The position numbers were made by a program, and so were the translations under genes. This document shows, piece by piece, positions 1 through 14,809 of a DNA stretch of 64,000 nt (positions within the stretch are counted from its first letter, which is position 1; the number at the start of each line of letters is the position of its first letter). The stretch comes from the human T2T-CHM13v2.0 reference genome, Homo sapiens: the NCBI RefSeq assembly GCF_009914755.1, contig NC_060929.1, one strand, 5' to 3'. A model generated the notes under the pieces. It did no database searches. It saw only the letters and a program-made list of their open reading frames with translations, and was not told where the DNA came from.

Positions 1-244
1 TGTTAAAAAGAACTTGAAATTCCCAGAGCTTTGATAAATGCGGTGACGGAACCCATTGCTGGATGTGTAACTTTTGTAAAATATTAGGACCAAGCGTAAA
101 CTGTCATAATGCAAAAAAAGACTAACACAGCCTCCCTAGACATTCATAAAAGTTAACATAGAGTAAGATGGTCATGGCTATTTATGTCTTACATAAGCTG
201 AAATTAAATCAATGTTTGAAAACCAGCAGTCAATGAGCTAATGA

Positions 245-614
<370 letters not shown>

Positions 615-2435
615 GCCAGCTTCTAAAATGATCATGTGTGTTCATCTCCAAATCCCAGAGTCTAGCTTTTCATGACCAAATCAGAAGGTCTGACCACACT
701 AGGCCCACATGCACACATGAATATTATTGGCTGGAACACCGTGGTGGCTGACACTTATAGAAAGGGCACATTTTTTTCCACTTCACCACAATCCCCTCAC
801 TCCTATCATTTCACATGTGTTGGTGGCTATTTGTCATCAGACCTGCCCTGTCACTCTGACCATTTGACCTATTTATGCTGTTTCTGGCCTCTAAAACAGT
901 GAAGTTTGCAGGCCCTGGTCTAACTGCTCATTCGTATGTCATTTCCACAAGGTGGTGATTTTTTAGGCCCCAGAGGTGTGTTCACTTACTTAGGATTTCT
1001 GAGTCCTAAGGAATTATTTTAAAGTAACTTATGCTCTCAGACAAGTCAGAAGCATTGAATTATTAACTACCAGTATTCTTATTCTAGACATGATACTAGC
1101 TTCTTGATCTCAATAATTCTGTCAGTTAATGTTGGAAGGGTTAAACAATTTAGAAGGAAACACACATGCTTCAGTGATGATGCCAGTTTGATGATTTGAT
1201 GACTAGTGGGTACAAGAAGGAGGTGTGATTGGTGGTTTTCTCTAGTACAGGCCTAGACCATCCCCTCCTTGCTCACTATAATCCAGTCCTGCCAAGCCCT
1301 TTCTTATTCTTCTTATATGCTGAGCTCATCTCACCTTAGCACCTTTGTACTAGTTGTTTTTTTTCTGCCCCAAACAGAAATTGTGTATCTCTGCTGGATG
1401 ATTCCTCCTCATCATCCAGCTTCCAGTTCAAATAATCATTCTAAAGCAGTACAGATACGCCACGCCATGCCCCGAAGTTTTGTTTTTCTCATGGCATTTA
1501 GAGTTTCTGAGAATACTTTATGTATTTGACTTGGTTATCTGGTGTTGTCTTTCAGTAGAATGTATACTCTATGAGAACAATTATTTTGTGTGTGGTAACA
1601 CTCTTTAAACATAGGACGAATGTCTGAAAAAGGGGATGAATGAATGACATGGTACATATGGCATTGAAATGGCTCAGTGGTGGAAAAGGAAGAGGAGGAC
1701 TGAGAAGACAGAGAATGGCCTATGTTCCAATTTCCTAGAGTGATAGATGTATTAAATCCCCAGATTTTAGAATCAGATTAGGCATAAAGCCAGTTAGTCC
1801 TAAATAGCTTTTGTCATTCAAAGTGGTTGCCCTTAACTGCTTATTAATGGCAGATGACAAGACATGGACTGTGCACCAAAAGGTAAATCCATATGGTACT
1901 TCATTGAGAGTCATGCTATGGTGAAAATGTAGTTGAACACAGGTGTGCCTAGTAATGTAACTGATTTACATCCTGGCACAATCTCATTACATTGTAGATC
2001 AGTAACAATTTGAAGACTGACATCTGCCCAAAGATAACTCTTTAGGTAGTACTGGCTTGAATATATATTAAAAAATAATCCAGTTTTAAAAGAATAATTG
2101 AATCATGAGGTGGATTTCCTGAAGGAAAATATTTCCGCAATGCGAGCGAGTGCATGATAGTAATTTACTTTGTGAAACAGTTATACTTCCTATGGAAACA
2201 AATTCTTAATTGAAAGAGATGGTAAATTAGAGAGGTTGGGACAGAGAAAAAAGGTGTGGGGAAGAGGGCAGGGAAGATAATATACTTATAAAATGCCCAC
2301 GAGTATATTCACTTAAATAATGGAGAAATTGACTTAACGTATAATAGTTTTTGGAAGTCATACCATTAGTAATCTTGTGGTTTAAAAGATGTCTCTAAAG
2401 AATGGCTAAGGGAACTCGATCTGAAATATATTTTC

Positions 2436-2776
2436 TTTTTTTAAAGAAAGTAATTTCGACATTTATTTTAGGTTCAGGGATACATATCCAAGTTTTTTAC
2501 CTGGGTATATTGTGTGATGCTGAGGTTTAGGGTAGGACTGATCCCACCACCCAGGTAGTGAGCATAGTACCCAATAGTTTCTCAAGCCTTCCCCACCCCT
2601 TTGTCCTCCCTCTAGTAGTCTCCAGTGTCTATTGTTGCCTTCTTTATGTTCATGAATATCCAATGCTTAGCTCCGACTTGTAAGTGAAAACATGCAGCAT
2701 TTAGTGTTCTGTTCCTGCGTTAATTCACTTAGCATAATGGCCTCCAGCTGCATCCATGCTGCAGCAAAGGCCATGA
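2436..2776 (-). mobile_element. 5'-truncated L1PA (older L1PA) 3' end
   Basis: Antisense L1 3'UTR motifs (TTTAGGTTCAGGGATACAT, TAAGTGAAAACATGCAG, ATAATGGCCTCCAGCTGCATCCATG); perfect 14-bp TSD TGAAATATATTTTC at 2422-2435 and 2777-2790. Confidence 0.93.
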
Positions 2777-4500
2777 TGAAATATATTTTCCAGGTATGCT
2801 CCTAATACATGTATTTCCACGTGGGCTCCAATAAATTATTTTATGTGCTTTAAAAGTGTCAGACGAGACAATTTCAACTTCAATAGAAAACCAAAATGTA
2901 TTAGTAGAATTATAACAAGGCTGAACAGGTTATTCTTTGGCCAGCTCTGACCTCTTTAAGTCACTTGACTATAGATATGGCAGAATAAGCCTGTCAGGTC
3001 AGTCTGGATTGCATGATTCAACCATATCAATCATATTCTGTTTCTTAGCCATAAGTTACCTTTTCATTTGAAAATTCTTCAGGGTGGCCTACTGTAGGGG
3101 AAGCAGCCTAAAAGTGAGGTTTTCTCTCCTACCCATTTTATATTTATCTGGCTTTCTGAATAGCCGTGAGAATGCTTCCAATAAGTAAATGTTCTCAGAG
3201 GTCAGAGAGCCAGTAGAGAGGAATTAGGGGCTTGGAAAACCAGCTAGATAGGGCATTTCCAAATACAAATAATAAATGGATCTGGATACAATCAAATAGA
3301 CTTTTTAAAGTCAATTTCTTTTGAGAAATAGATTATCTGTCTAGGTGAATTCCCCTTTTAACATTAAAAGCCAGCTTCTAGATAGGTCTGATCCATTCAT
3401 TCACTGACCACTAAATGGCATTGACGAATTACACTTTCTAATCGCCAGCATTGGCAATGATAAATCTCTTGACTCCTGGCTTTGCAAAGAGATTGGATTT
3501 GGTGAAGTTGTTGCCATTCCAACCATATTCTTAGAGATGTAAGCAATCTAATTCATTGAAATGATCGTTTCCCTTGATTTAGAGTGCTGACGAAACCAAA
3601 CTCACCATTATGATTGCAAAGAGTAGATTAAGTTATGGCCCCTGAGTGTACCAGACCCCAGTTAGCAGGACAGATCTCATCTATTTGTTGGAAAAAGAAA
3701 TAAATGAATGCCTCTTCTATTAATTCCTTGTTAATATTAGAGAAATATTTTTAACTCTTTCAATGAAGCTAATAATGTAAGGCCAAATTCACTTGGCCTT
3801 CCTTTGCCATTCTTGAAGTACCTTTATTGAAGGTTTTTTGCTTTATTCTATGTCCTAGCACATGAAAAAGGAAAAAAAAATCCTTGGGGGCATATATGAG
3901 GCAGATGAATTACACCTTGATTTACATGGTGAGATGGACTCTCTCAGACAAAACAATTAAAGGAATAACATGTTCTTGCCGTGCTCAACAGTAACTGATG
4001 CAAGATATTTGATTGGTTTTCAAGTTCAGCTGGCTTTCTTTGACTTCTTTGTGGAATGGTTTCATATGTGGTGGCTGAATATGGAATTCAGACCTAGCGG
4101 TAGTATGATAAATTGCTATGCCAGGGAGTCATTGTCTTTCTCCACTGGACTAATGGGCAATAGCCACAGGGACTCAAAAAAGCACGCAACCAACCATTGT
4201 CATAGTCAAAGTATACATAGGAAATGCGAATTGCTTTCCCTTTATAAAATTAAGACACTATAGAACACTTCCGACATAAGCAGTAATTCCAGCATGATTT
4301 TAGGATTATGACAAAGCTCAGCTTTAGAAATTTGTATTCCAGGTGGGTAGAATTAAAATAGAAGTTTCTTAACAATATACAGGCCTATTAACATATTTTC
4401 TGTTTAGCACGTTCATTGTTTTTAAAAATTACATATATGTGAATTTTACCATTTATGGAATCTTCATATTTAACAGATTGAGATTGTAAAAGCAAAAATA

Positions 4501-4803
4501 GGCTGGGCACGGTGGCTCATGCCTGTAATCCCAGCACTTTGGGGGGGCCAAGGTGGGCAGATCACCTGAGATCAGGAGTTCAAGACCAGCCCGGTCAACG
4601 TGGTGAAACCCTGTCTCTACTAAAAATACAAAAATTAGCTGGGGGTGGTGGCACACGCCTGTAATACCAGCTACTCAGGAGGCTCAGGCAGGAGAATCTC
4701 TTGAACCCAGGAGGTGGAGGTTGCAGGGAGACCGGATTGTGCCATTACACTGCAGCCTGGGCAACAAGAGAGAAACTTTGTCTCAATAAACAAACAAATA
4801 AAT
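4501..4803 (+). mobile_element. AluS SINE
   Basis: GGCTGGGCACGGTGGCTCATGCCTGTAATCCCAGC, A-rich linker and tail; TSD AAAGCAAAAATA at 4489-4500 and 4804-4815. Confidence 0.95.
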
Positions 4804-5541
4804 AAAGCAAAAATAACTTTTGCAGTCCTTTCCTATTCTTGCACAAATATAACATCTTTTTTTTTTTTAACAGAAAAAGAACTCTATGTTGTGCTTTAGA
4901 CAATGATTCATGTTTATGTGTTTTGAGTACTCTTAAGCAAAGGTTGGCAACTAACTAAATGGTAAATGAAACAGTCTCCAGACTTGGATGACACCATCAG
5001 AAGTCTGGACTGCTTCTCCATTATACTTTAAGAAAGACAATACAGGTAAATGTGGGAGAGAACACCGTGCTTTGGCTGAATGAGGGACTGCCTCTGTTTC
5101 TGGGAATACATTTATTATGTTTGCCTTTTCTTTCTCAGAGTGTGGATGTGCAAGGGAGAGTGTGTTAGATATGTAGTTTTGATTTAAAGCACAGTGGATA
5201 AGAGCAGGCTTAGTTTTATATACGAGTGGCCTCAGCAGGTGATAAATTGTTTTTGACTTTCATCAGTTGCCAACAAATAAGAAAAGTGAGAGATTTATCA
5301 TGTATGTAAAAACTGTAGCAACATTCTCTATCATGTAAAATAAAATTTAATAAAATAGCATTTTTTAAAAATGCATGCTATCGCTTATTTCACTTTTATA
5401 GGCCGTAAATTCTAAGACTCTGTAGTCTTTCTAAGATGGGGAGTGGAGATTGGGGAGGTGGTCCTTCTTGTCCAGAGTCAGGGTAGTGACCATTTTCCAC
5501 AGCTGGCTAAGGGCTCCTTCTGTTTACAGAACTGAGTGGCT

Positions 5542-5542
<1 letters not shown>

Positions 5543-5590
<48 letters not shown>
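5543..5590. repeat. (GT)24 microsatellite
   Basis: Uninterrupted GT run read directly. Confidence 0.97.
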
Positions 5591-5591
<1 letters not shown>

Positions 5592-5747
5592 TTTACCTGT
5601 GACCCTTTTATTAAGCACCTAGCTGTGCTCAATAGCAAAATGGATTCTAATTGCTTCACAGCAGGGTAAGTGATTTAACCTGAAACAATGCAATAGTTTT
5701 TATTTGCAGTTGCTAACACTTCTACATGGACTCCCCTCCACCTCAAA

Positions 5748-5790
5748 GAAAACAAAACAAAAACAAAAACAAAAACAAAAACAAAAAAAC
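5748..5790. repeat. (CAAAA/CAAAAA)n simple repeat
   Basis: Read directly. Confidence 0.85.
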
Positions 5791-7419
5791 CACCCTGAAA
5801 ATAGAAAAACATGACCAAAACTATTATAGTGCATTTTTTTCTCTCTAATCACAAAAAAAGGAATACGGGCAGATGCCTCCAAAGACAAGAAAATGTTATT
5901 ACTAGAAATGGCCTTAGCAACTACCCTGTTTAGTCCTTAATCTTGTTAATAAAATAATGATTCGTATTTGTTTATATTTATTCATTGACAATCTAGAGAC
6001 TTCCAGAGCTGTGGCAAGTGACTAATTTTGAGTAGAAGCAAAGCCACGTTTGAGACAAATATGGGGCTAATTATTTATGATTTCTCTCTTCAAATATATA
6101 TTGAGTACCTTCTAAATAGTAGTCACTGGGACAGTTCCCATGGGGTATGAAGAAATAAAGCAGACATGGTGTCTCTCTCAAGGAACTCTCAGGCTCATTA
6201 ATGTCATGCTAGGGACCAAATGTCTGACTGGCTCAGGGACAGGAGAAAATCATATTAAATATTAATGCTTATTTTATTTTGAATCAATTTGATATTCTCC
6301 TAACCTTGAACTTCCAAAGGAATTATCGTGCTTTAGAAATTGTGTTATTTGGATCTCTGCTTTGAGTCACTTAGTTTTTCTATTTTTCTTTCTCTTTTCC
6401 CAGTGTTTGTTTGAATGAAGCAAGAGAAATTGGAAAAAACCCAATTGTAAGAAACGGGATTCTCTACTCAGATTCAGGATAATGTGATGAGCTGGGATTA
6501 TTTTCTCTCCACTGTGTGTGTCTGTAGAAAATCCTGTGCTTTGTTCAGGTGACGAGAACCTGTCCTCATTTCTCATTCTTTCCCATCTGCCACCCAGTGA
6601 AGATTTTGAATATTTTGAGTGCAGTTTGGGAAAAATCAGATTAGCAAACCCAAAGATTCCATTTTTGTTGGGATGAACGCTAACCTGTAGCCTTCATAAT
6701 AGGAACAATTACCACAATTCAAATTAGGAGTACTTTTTTATTTTAAAATTTTAGATATGTGAATTAACCTCTCCCACATGCACACAGACACGGTCCCACT
6801 TCCACACTCTGGCTAGAATCCTTCAGAAACCCATACCACAGTACAGCCCACACATGAATTAATCTCTGTAATACAATTGTAATGTTTCTGTCTCTCTCCC
6901 AGGCCCTTTTTTACTTTTGGCTGATAAAAATCTCTAATGTGCTGCTGTAAATGCTCTACTTCTATCCTTAGTCTTAAAAAGAAATAGCATTTATATTTAT
7001 TAGCATCCACAGAAACATTTGTCAACAACAACTTGAAGAATGACATAACTTTTTAAAGTGCACCCATCTGGGAGATTTTCCAAGTTGGGAGATACCCAAA
7101 TTGGCAAAGACTCTAAGAAACCCATTCGTATGCACTAAACATGACACAGTTTCTGGACTTCTTTTATATTTCCAGCTATTAGATTTGGAAGTGCAAGAGA
7201 TAAGACCAAAAAAATGCAAACAAAAATAGAACAAACAAAAAATGACCACGTAGAGACCCACACCTTTAAAATGAAATAAAAGCAGATCTATAAAAGTTCT
7301 AATAGGAGAGCTGGATCGCTACAGTAAAATGCAGAGCAAGGGAGAAATCAGGACTTCCTTTTTTTCTTAGTGAACTCATCTCTGAGTCTGGCCCATTTGA
7401 CACAAAGACAAAAAGAAAC

Positions 7420-7920
7420 TGTCTAGGAAAAAAACCTTTTCTTCCATCCTTCTATGTTCTGATATTGGGGGCCTTGTCGATTAAACTCACATTCACAGAT
7501 GAGTAAGAGAAAAAAAAAAACAGATTTTAATCATATGCATACATATGGGAACTTCACAGAAACATGTGACTTAAAGTGGTAGTTAGAATTTGAGGCTTAG
7601 ATACCATCTTAATGGGTGAAAAGGATGAGAAGTGAGGATGAGGGAAAGGGGCACTTATCAGAAAACTAGTGACTTTGGGGAAAGATAAATGCGCCCTCAG
7701 GAGAATAAATGGGAGATACAATACCTTTGTCACAATGTCTGGGTATGGTGCTGACTTCTCTGAGATGATTAGAGTTACTCCTAGGAAGAGGATTTGTGGC
7801 AATTGAGTTTTTTTGTTCTTCTGGGAGACTGCTTTTCAGCAGAGAAGGTATTTCAGGGACTCAAATGCCTTCAGCTTAAAATAATTTTTATGCCATTTTG
7901 GCATATTCTAGACCCCTTCG
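7420..7920 (-). mobile_element. ERV1 solo LTR, MER34-like
   Basis: Ends in CTTCAGCTTAAAATAATTTTTATGCCATTTTGGCATATTCTAGACCCCTTCG, the reverse complement of the MER34-type 5' end as I recall it; left end starts TG. Confidence 0.7.
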
Positions 7921-8802
7921 AACTGTTACAAAACCATTTGGGGGTCAACCTGAGGAATGAACCCTTTTCAAGCAAGGACTCTCCAGAAAAGCCAACGTGT
8001 TTTCTTTACTTTCACAATATCAGAGAGCATAGGTAAAATTTGTCCTTTTCTTCTCAAAATTTGAAATCCGTCCAAGTGTTAATTTTTGCTCTCTGTTAAC
8101 ATCTATTACTATTTCAAGGTCAACTTGTTAGCAATGAACTGTTTGGTGACTTTTTCTCCTAGTTTACATAATTAATGTTATATTTGTATATGGAAGAAAG
8201 CCACATACGTTTTCTACACTTTTAATTTTGCTTTTAGTAAATGTATACTGGAAAGCAGAAATGCTTAGCTTACTTTGTAAATATTGACTTCTTTTATCTC
8301 ATTGGTTCTAAGTCTTTGACTTAGACCTGCATTTATTTAACACATTTGATAAGTCCTTTAGATGATGACGATGTTGAAAATGTTCTATAGGAGTAGAATT
8401 TCATTTTAAAATAGAATTAAATTGTACAAAATTCAGTCAGTAAAATTGTTAATAATTATCAAGTGAACTGAAATTGGCACTCTGTCAACCGATCATTCAA
8501 AATGAATATGTGCAAAGAGAAATATTTATCCTTAATTCTCATTGCTTCAAAATTAAGTTGGCAGGGTCATTTTATCGAAAATTAACTATTCTCGTCTTAG
8601 AATTTTTAAGGAATTACATTATTTTATGTCTAGACACCAGGAAATGATTTGATCTCATGCTACCCCCAAAACCCTTATTGAATTCCAAGTACCTATTCTA
8701 TAATAACTGAATTGGAAGGTAATCTTTAAGATGAAGTCAACTGTTTTTTGTTTTGTTTTGTACCGGTCACTGGTTAATATATTTTAGTATTTTTCATGGA
8801 AT

Positions 8803-8808
8803 ACATAT

Positions 8809-8875
<67 letters not shown>

Positions 8876-8951
8876 TATATATATACACATATATATACAC
8901 ACATATATATACACATATATATATACACACATATATATATACACATACACA
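8803..8951. repeat. Compound (TA)n/(CA)n microsatellite
   Basis: Read directly; explains ORFs 8753-8962, 8774-8974 and 8796-9104. Confidence 0.95.
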
Positions 8952-8984
8952 TGTCTTATTAACACTGACATCATTAATATAATA

Positions 8985-9195
8985 GTTAAAAACGTGGAGT
9001 TGAATGCATCAGATCAAATTCCAGCTCTGCTACTTACAAGCTATTTGATCAAGGCAAGTTTCTTAAATTTAGTATACTCATCTGTAAAATGGGGATACCA
9101 ATAGCCTCATAGGATTGCTATTAGAATTAAATGAATTAAGATGTGTAAAGCATTTCGAATAGGGTCAGGTCAGGCTAGATGAGCATTTGCTATCA
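8985..9195 (+). mobile_element. MIR SINE
   Basis: MIR core: CAGCTCTGCTACTTAC...GGCAAGTTTCTTAA...CTCATCTGTAAAATGGGGATA...TGTAAAGCA. Confidence 0.8.
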
Positions 9196-10008
9196 ACATC
9201 ATTATCATCATCATTTCAGTGGAGACATCTAGCAAGCAACTTTTATGAAGTTTGAAATAAACCCAAGATAATGCTTTCCTCAACCTGAAATACAATAGAT
9301 ATATATTTCCAACACTACATAAAATATATACAAAATAATTTATAGCCTAAGCTTCCACCAGGTTTTCAGTTTATAAAATATAGCAGTCGCTTCTCTCATA
9401 ATTTGAAAATAAATTTTTGATGCCTTGGAAAATGAAGAAATGAAAGACAACCCTTCATTCTGGAGTTTTTCTATATCAGTCCAAAACTGTTCATAAATGT
9501 AAGGGTTGAAATATAAGTAATCATTTAGAATGTAGTGAGTATGGTATATATATGTAAGTACATGTATGTGGTTTTCAAAATTTGAATTACCTAAAATAAG
9601 GAAGATATATTTACTGTTTAAGATTTTTTAATAATTAGTATGTTCTTCCTGCCAAATAACTAGACCAATATAATTTTTGAGTTGAACACTATGATAGAGG
9701 TCATCGATGCAAATAGCCAGTTTGATTATAGAAATTGTAGTAAAACCAGGATGGCCTAATTTACAAAGTCCATTTGATTAATTTCAATGTGATAAATATT
9801 AGCAGATATTACACCATGTGCCAGCGTTGTGCTGTGTGATGGGGCATCAAAGATGAATAAAATACACCTGCCCATGACGGGAGAAGATACACGTAGTCTA
9901 GGGGTCCTGAGGTTATTCAATACCACATCATGACTATCTATTTCTTTTTGAAAATCACTTTTGCTTTCCTAATTTCTCTCTCTTATTTGGAGAATTGGCT
10001 TGGAGTGA

Positions 10009-10310
<302 letters not shown>

Positions 10311-10702
10311 TGGAGTTAGAATTCTATCTCAAAATTAGATTCAAAGTTCTTTAATATTTAATGTTGCCTTGTGGAAAACACACACACACACATAATAGAC
10401 TCCTGGCTACTGTGTAGAAGTCCAACAAAATGAGTATAGAATTTCTCTGATGATTTTTGGCTTTGCTTTTTCACATTATTCTATCATATATCGCTGACTC
10501 ATTTTACTGTTTCTCATATTGAAAGACAGGATACACCTTTATCTTCAAAGGAGAGTTACCAAACCAAATCTATTAGTAAACACTAGGGAAAATGTAAATA
10601 AAAACAAAAATAGTCAAAAAGTTTCCAATATATTATCTCTGCTTAAAGGATTTTATATTTCTTCCTACAGTTTTACTTAGGAATATATTTTACATGCTAA
10701 TT

Positions 10703-11896
10703 GTTTCACTTTTATTTTAGGTTTGGGGATACATGTGCAGGTTTATTACACGAGCATACTTGGTGATGCTAAGGTTTGGGCCACTATTGATCGTGTCACC
10801 CAAATACTGAGCATAAAACACAATAGTTAGCTTTTCAGCCCTTGCTCCCTCTGCCCTCTTCCCTCTGCCCTCCAGCAGTCCCTAGTATCTACCATTGCCA
10901 TCTTTATGTCCATGAGTACCAATGTATAGCTCCCACTTATAAGTGAGAATATTCAGTATTTGGTTTTCTGTTCCTGCATTAATTCGCTTAGGATAATAAC
11001 CTCCAGCTGCGTCCATGTTGCTGCAAATGACAGAATGTTGTTCTTTTTTTATGACTGTGCAGTATTCCATGGTGTTTATGTATCATTTTTTCTTTAATCC
11101 ACCATTAATGGCCACCTAGGTTGATTCTGTCTTTGCTATTGTGAATAGTGCTGTGATGAACATTCAAGCACATGTTCCTTTCTGGTAGAACAAATTATTT
11201 TCTTTGGGATATATACCTAGTAATGGGATTACTGGGTCAAATGGAAGTTCTGTTTTACATTCTTTGAGAAATCTCCAAACTGCTTTCCACAGTGGCTGAA
11301 CTAGTTTACATTCCCACCAACGGTGAATAAACATTCCCTTGTCTCTGAATCCTCACCAGCATCTGTTGTTTCTTGGCTTTTTAGTAATAGCCATTCTGAC
11401 TGGTTTGAGATGCTATCTCATTGTAGTTTGATTTGCATTTATCTGATGATTAGTGACATTGAGCTTTTTTTCATATGTTTATTCATTGCTTGAAAGCCTT
11501 TTGAGAAATATCTGTTCATGTGTTTCATTAAAAATGGGGATATTTGTTGTTTGCTTTTTCTGTTGTTTAAGTTCCTTACAGATTCTGGATATTAGACCTT
11601 TGTCAGATGCATAGTTACTGAATATTTTCTTCCATTCTGTCAGTGGTCTGTTTACTCTGTTGATAGTTTCTTTAGTTGTGCAGAAGCTCTTTAGTTTGAT
11701 TAGGTCCCACTTGTCAATTGTTATTTTTGTTGCAATTGCTTTCAAGGACTTAGTCAAATTCTTTCCCAAGGCCAATGTCCAGCTGTAAGAATCTTATAAG
11801 AAAACTTAGAAATCCAAGTGTTTAATCCATCTTGAGTTAATATTTGTATATGGTTAAAGGTAGGGGTCCAGTTTAATGCTTCTGCATATGGCTAGA
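10703..11896 (-). mobile_element. Truncated L1PA (L1PA15/16-like): 3'UTR and end of ORF2
   Basis: ORF 11479-11775 gives [24 protein letters not shown]...[24 protein letters not shown], typical of the L1 ORF2 C-terminus; L1 3'UTR at the left end. Confidence 0.93.
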
Positions 11897-12015
11897 CATG
11901 AGCATGGAACTTTTCAGTATCAAGTATTACAATTCAGATTTTGGACATGAATTATATAATGTATTCTACATTTAAAAATTTTTTAGCAACGGGCTTATAA
12001 TAGACAAATTCATTA

Positions 12016-12390
12016 ATTTTTTAATATTTATTTTAAGTTCAGGGATGCATGTGCAGGTTTGTTACATAGATAAACTTGAATCATGGAGGTTCGTTGTACA
12101 GATTATTTGATAACCCAAGTTTTAAGCCTAGTACCCATTAATTATTTTTCCTGATCCTCTCCCTCTCCCTCCTCCCACCCTCCACCCTCCACTCTCTGAT
12201 AGGCCCCAGTCTGTGTTATTCCCCTCTGTGTGTCCATGTGTTCTCACTATTTAGCTCCCACTTATAAGTGAGAACATGCAATATTTTGTTTTCTGTGCCT
12301 GCATTAGTTTGCTAAGGATAACGGCTTAGAGCTTCATCCATGTCCTTGCAAAGGATATAATCACATTCCTTTTTATGGCTGCATAGTATT
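12016..12390 (-). mobile_element. Truncated L1PA 3' end
   Basis: TTTTAAGTTCAGGGATGCATGTGCAGGTTTGTTACATAG...AGCTCCCACTTATAAGTGAGAACATG...TTTTATGGCTGCATAGTATT. Confidence 0.9.
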
Positions 12391-12697
12391 AATAGAAATT
12401 TTTGCCTTCTATTAAAAATTAAATATTGCTAATATTCCATGTACAAAGTATTTCTCCTAATCCAGTTCTTTATACAGACTCATATTCTCATGATAATCAA
12501 TAATTTATAAAATTATATATCACTTATCTAAGGGGACCAAAATTAATATTCATGGCATTGTATAACTTTTTTCTTTTAAGATCATATTTTCATATTTTGA
12601 TAAGATTCACCTGGAAAAATTAAATCCCAGAGGACAAAGAAACATAGCTAGATTAATGACAGATGTTTGTAGGAGAAGCAAATGGTACTTCTATTCT

Positions 12698-13008
12698 TTA
12701 CTATAGTTTAAATGTGTCCCTAAAATTTAGGTGTTGCTAATGTGATGGTGTTAAGATATGGGGCCTGTAAGAGGTGATTTGGTCATGAGAGTTTCACACT
12801 TATGAATAGGATTAGGTGCCCTTATAAAGGCGATTGATGGGGGAAGCCCATTCCCTTTTTACCTCTCTGCCTTATATCATGTGAGGACATAGCAAGAAGG
12901 CCCCAACCAGACACCAAATGCCAGCACCTTGATCTTGAACTTACAACTTCCAGAAATGTGAGAAATAAATTTCTATTCTTTACACATTATCCAGTCTGTT
13001 GTATTTAC
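12698..13008 (+). mobile_element. MaLR LTR (MSTC/MLT1A-like), partial
   Basis: CTATAGTTTAAATGTGTCCC...AAGAGGTGATT...GCAAGAAGGCCC...ACCTTGATCTTGAACTT...TGTGAGAAATAAATTTCT. Confidence 0.8.
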
Positions 13009-13009
13009 T

Positions 13010-13830
<821 letters not shown>

Positions 13831-14424
13831 CTAAAAATTCTGTGAATGTTTAAATTAACAATTTTAGTTAACAATTTAACAAATGATTATTTAGCATCCC
13901 TCCAACGTTTTACATTGTTAAACATCTGATTATTTTGAATAATTTTATCAATTGTGTTTTTTCTATTATATGTTCCCATTATGTTATACAAATTTAATTA
14001 TCTGGAAAATATAATAATATTGATGAAAAGGTGATGATGACACTGATTTAAGTAAAATGTACAGATTTCAGTGGGAAAAAAGGTCAGCATCTATTTTCAG
14101 TGTTGTGTAAAAGTATTTTTAGTAAGCCATGTTGTCTTTCTGTGAGAAATATGAATGTGGCTAATAGGAAGAGACCTTAGAAACTATCAAATGAAAGCAT
14201 TAGAAAAATTTTTAGAGCCACATGAAAATTAAAGATTGCGATATCAGCCTATCTCATTCATTTTATAGAGTATGGAGACTTGCTCCAGATAAAGGGAATG
14301 ACATGGCCAGAGGCAAGGAGTGAATAAAATATAGAGTCAGAAATAAAGCTGAACTACCTTGATATCCTAGTCAAGAGTTATCTTTTCATCTGCTTGCTTT
14401 CATCTGTTCTTACTAGTAGACTCT

Positions 14425-14535
14425 CATTTCCAAGGACAGCCAAGATTGGGTCTTACTTTTCAGTACTGTATCCCTGGAGCTTACCATACTTTTAGGCACA
14501 CTGTGTGTACTTAATAAAAGTGTTTTGAATAAATA
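14425..14535 (+). mobile_element. L2 3' end
   Basis: CTGTATCCC...TAGGCACAC...TACTTAATAAAAGTGTTTTGAATAAAT, typical L2 tail. Confidence 0.6.
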
Positions 14536-14809
14536 TAGGAATGAAAATTTTAAAAAAACTACATAACTTGGAAGAAAATTTAATTTGTTAAGCAATCACT
14601 ATTGTTTCACCATATTTGGATGCAAACATTAATTTGAATTCCTGATTCATACATACAGGGCTTATTCGTAGCCAAAAGATTAAAATTTATTTAGAGTTGC
14701 AATGTTTAATATACATTCTCAAGCTTCATCAAACCCAAATATTAATTTGTTCTTTTTCTGCTTCCAATTCTATTCTGTCCATTTAAAAGAATCCCCTGTA
14801 TCTAAGCAT

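Noticed and set aside
4972-5012. Small hairpin TCCAGACTT...AAGTCTGGA as a pre-miRNA
   Set aside because: Stem too short for a pre-miRNA; compatible with chance or a DNA-transposon relic
11479-11775. 98-aa ORF with a recognisable protein sequence
   Set aside because: Fragment of L1 ORF2 in a truncated, non-autonomous copy
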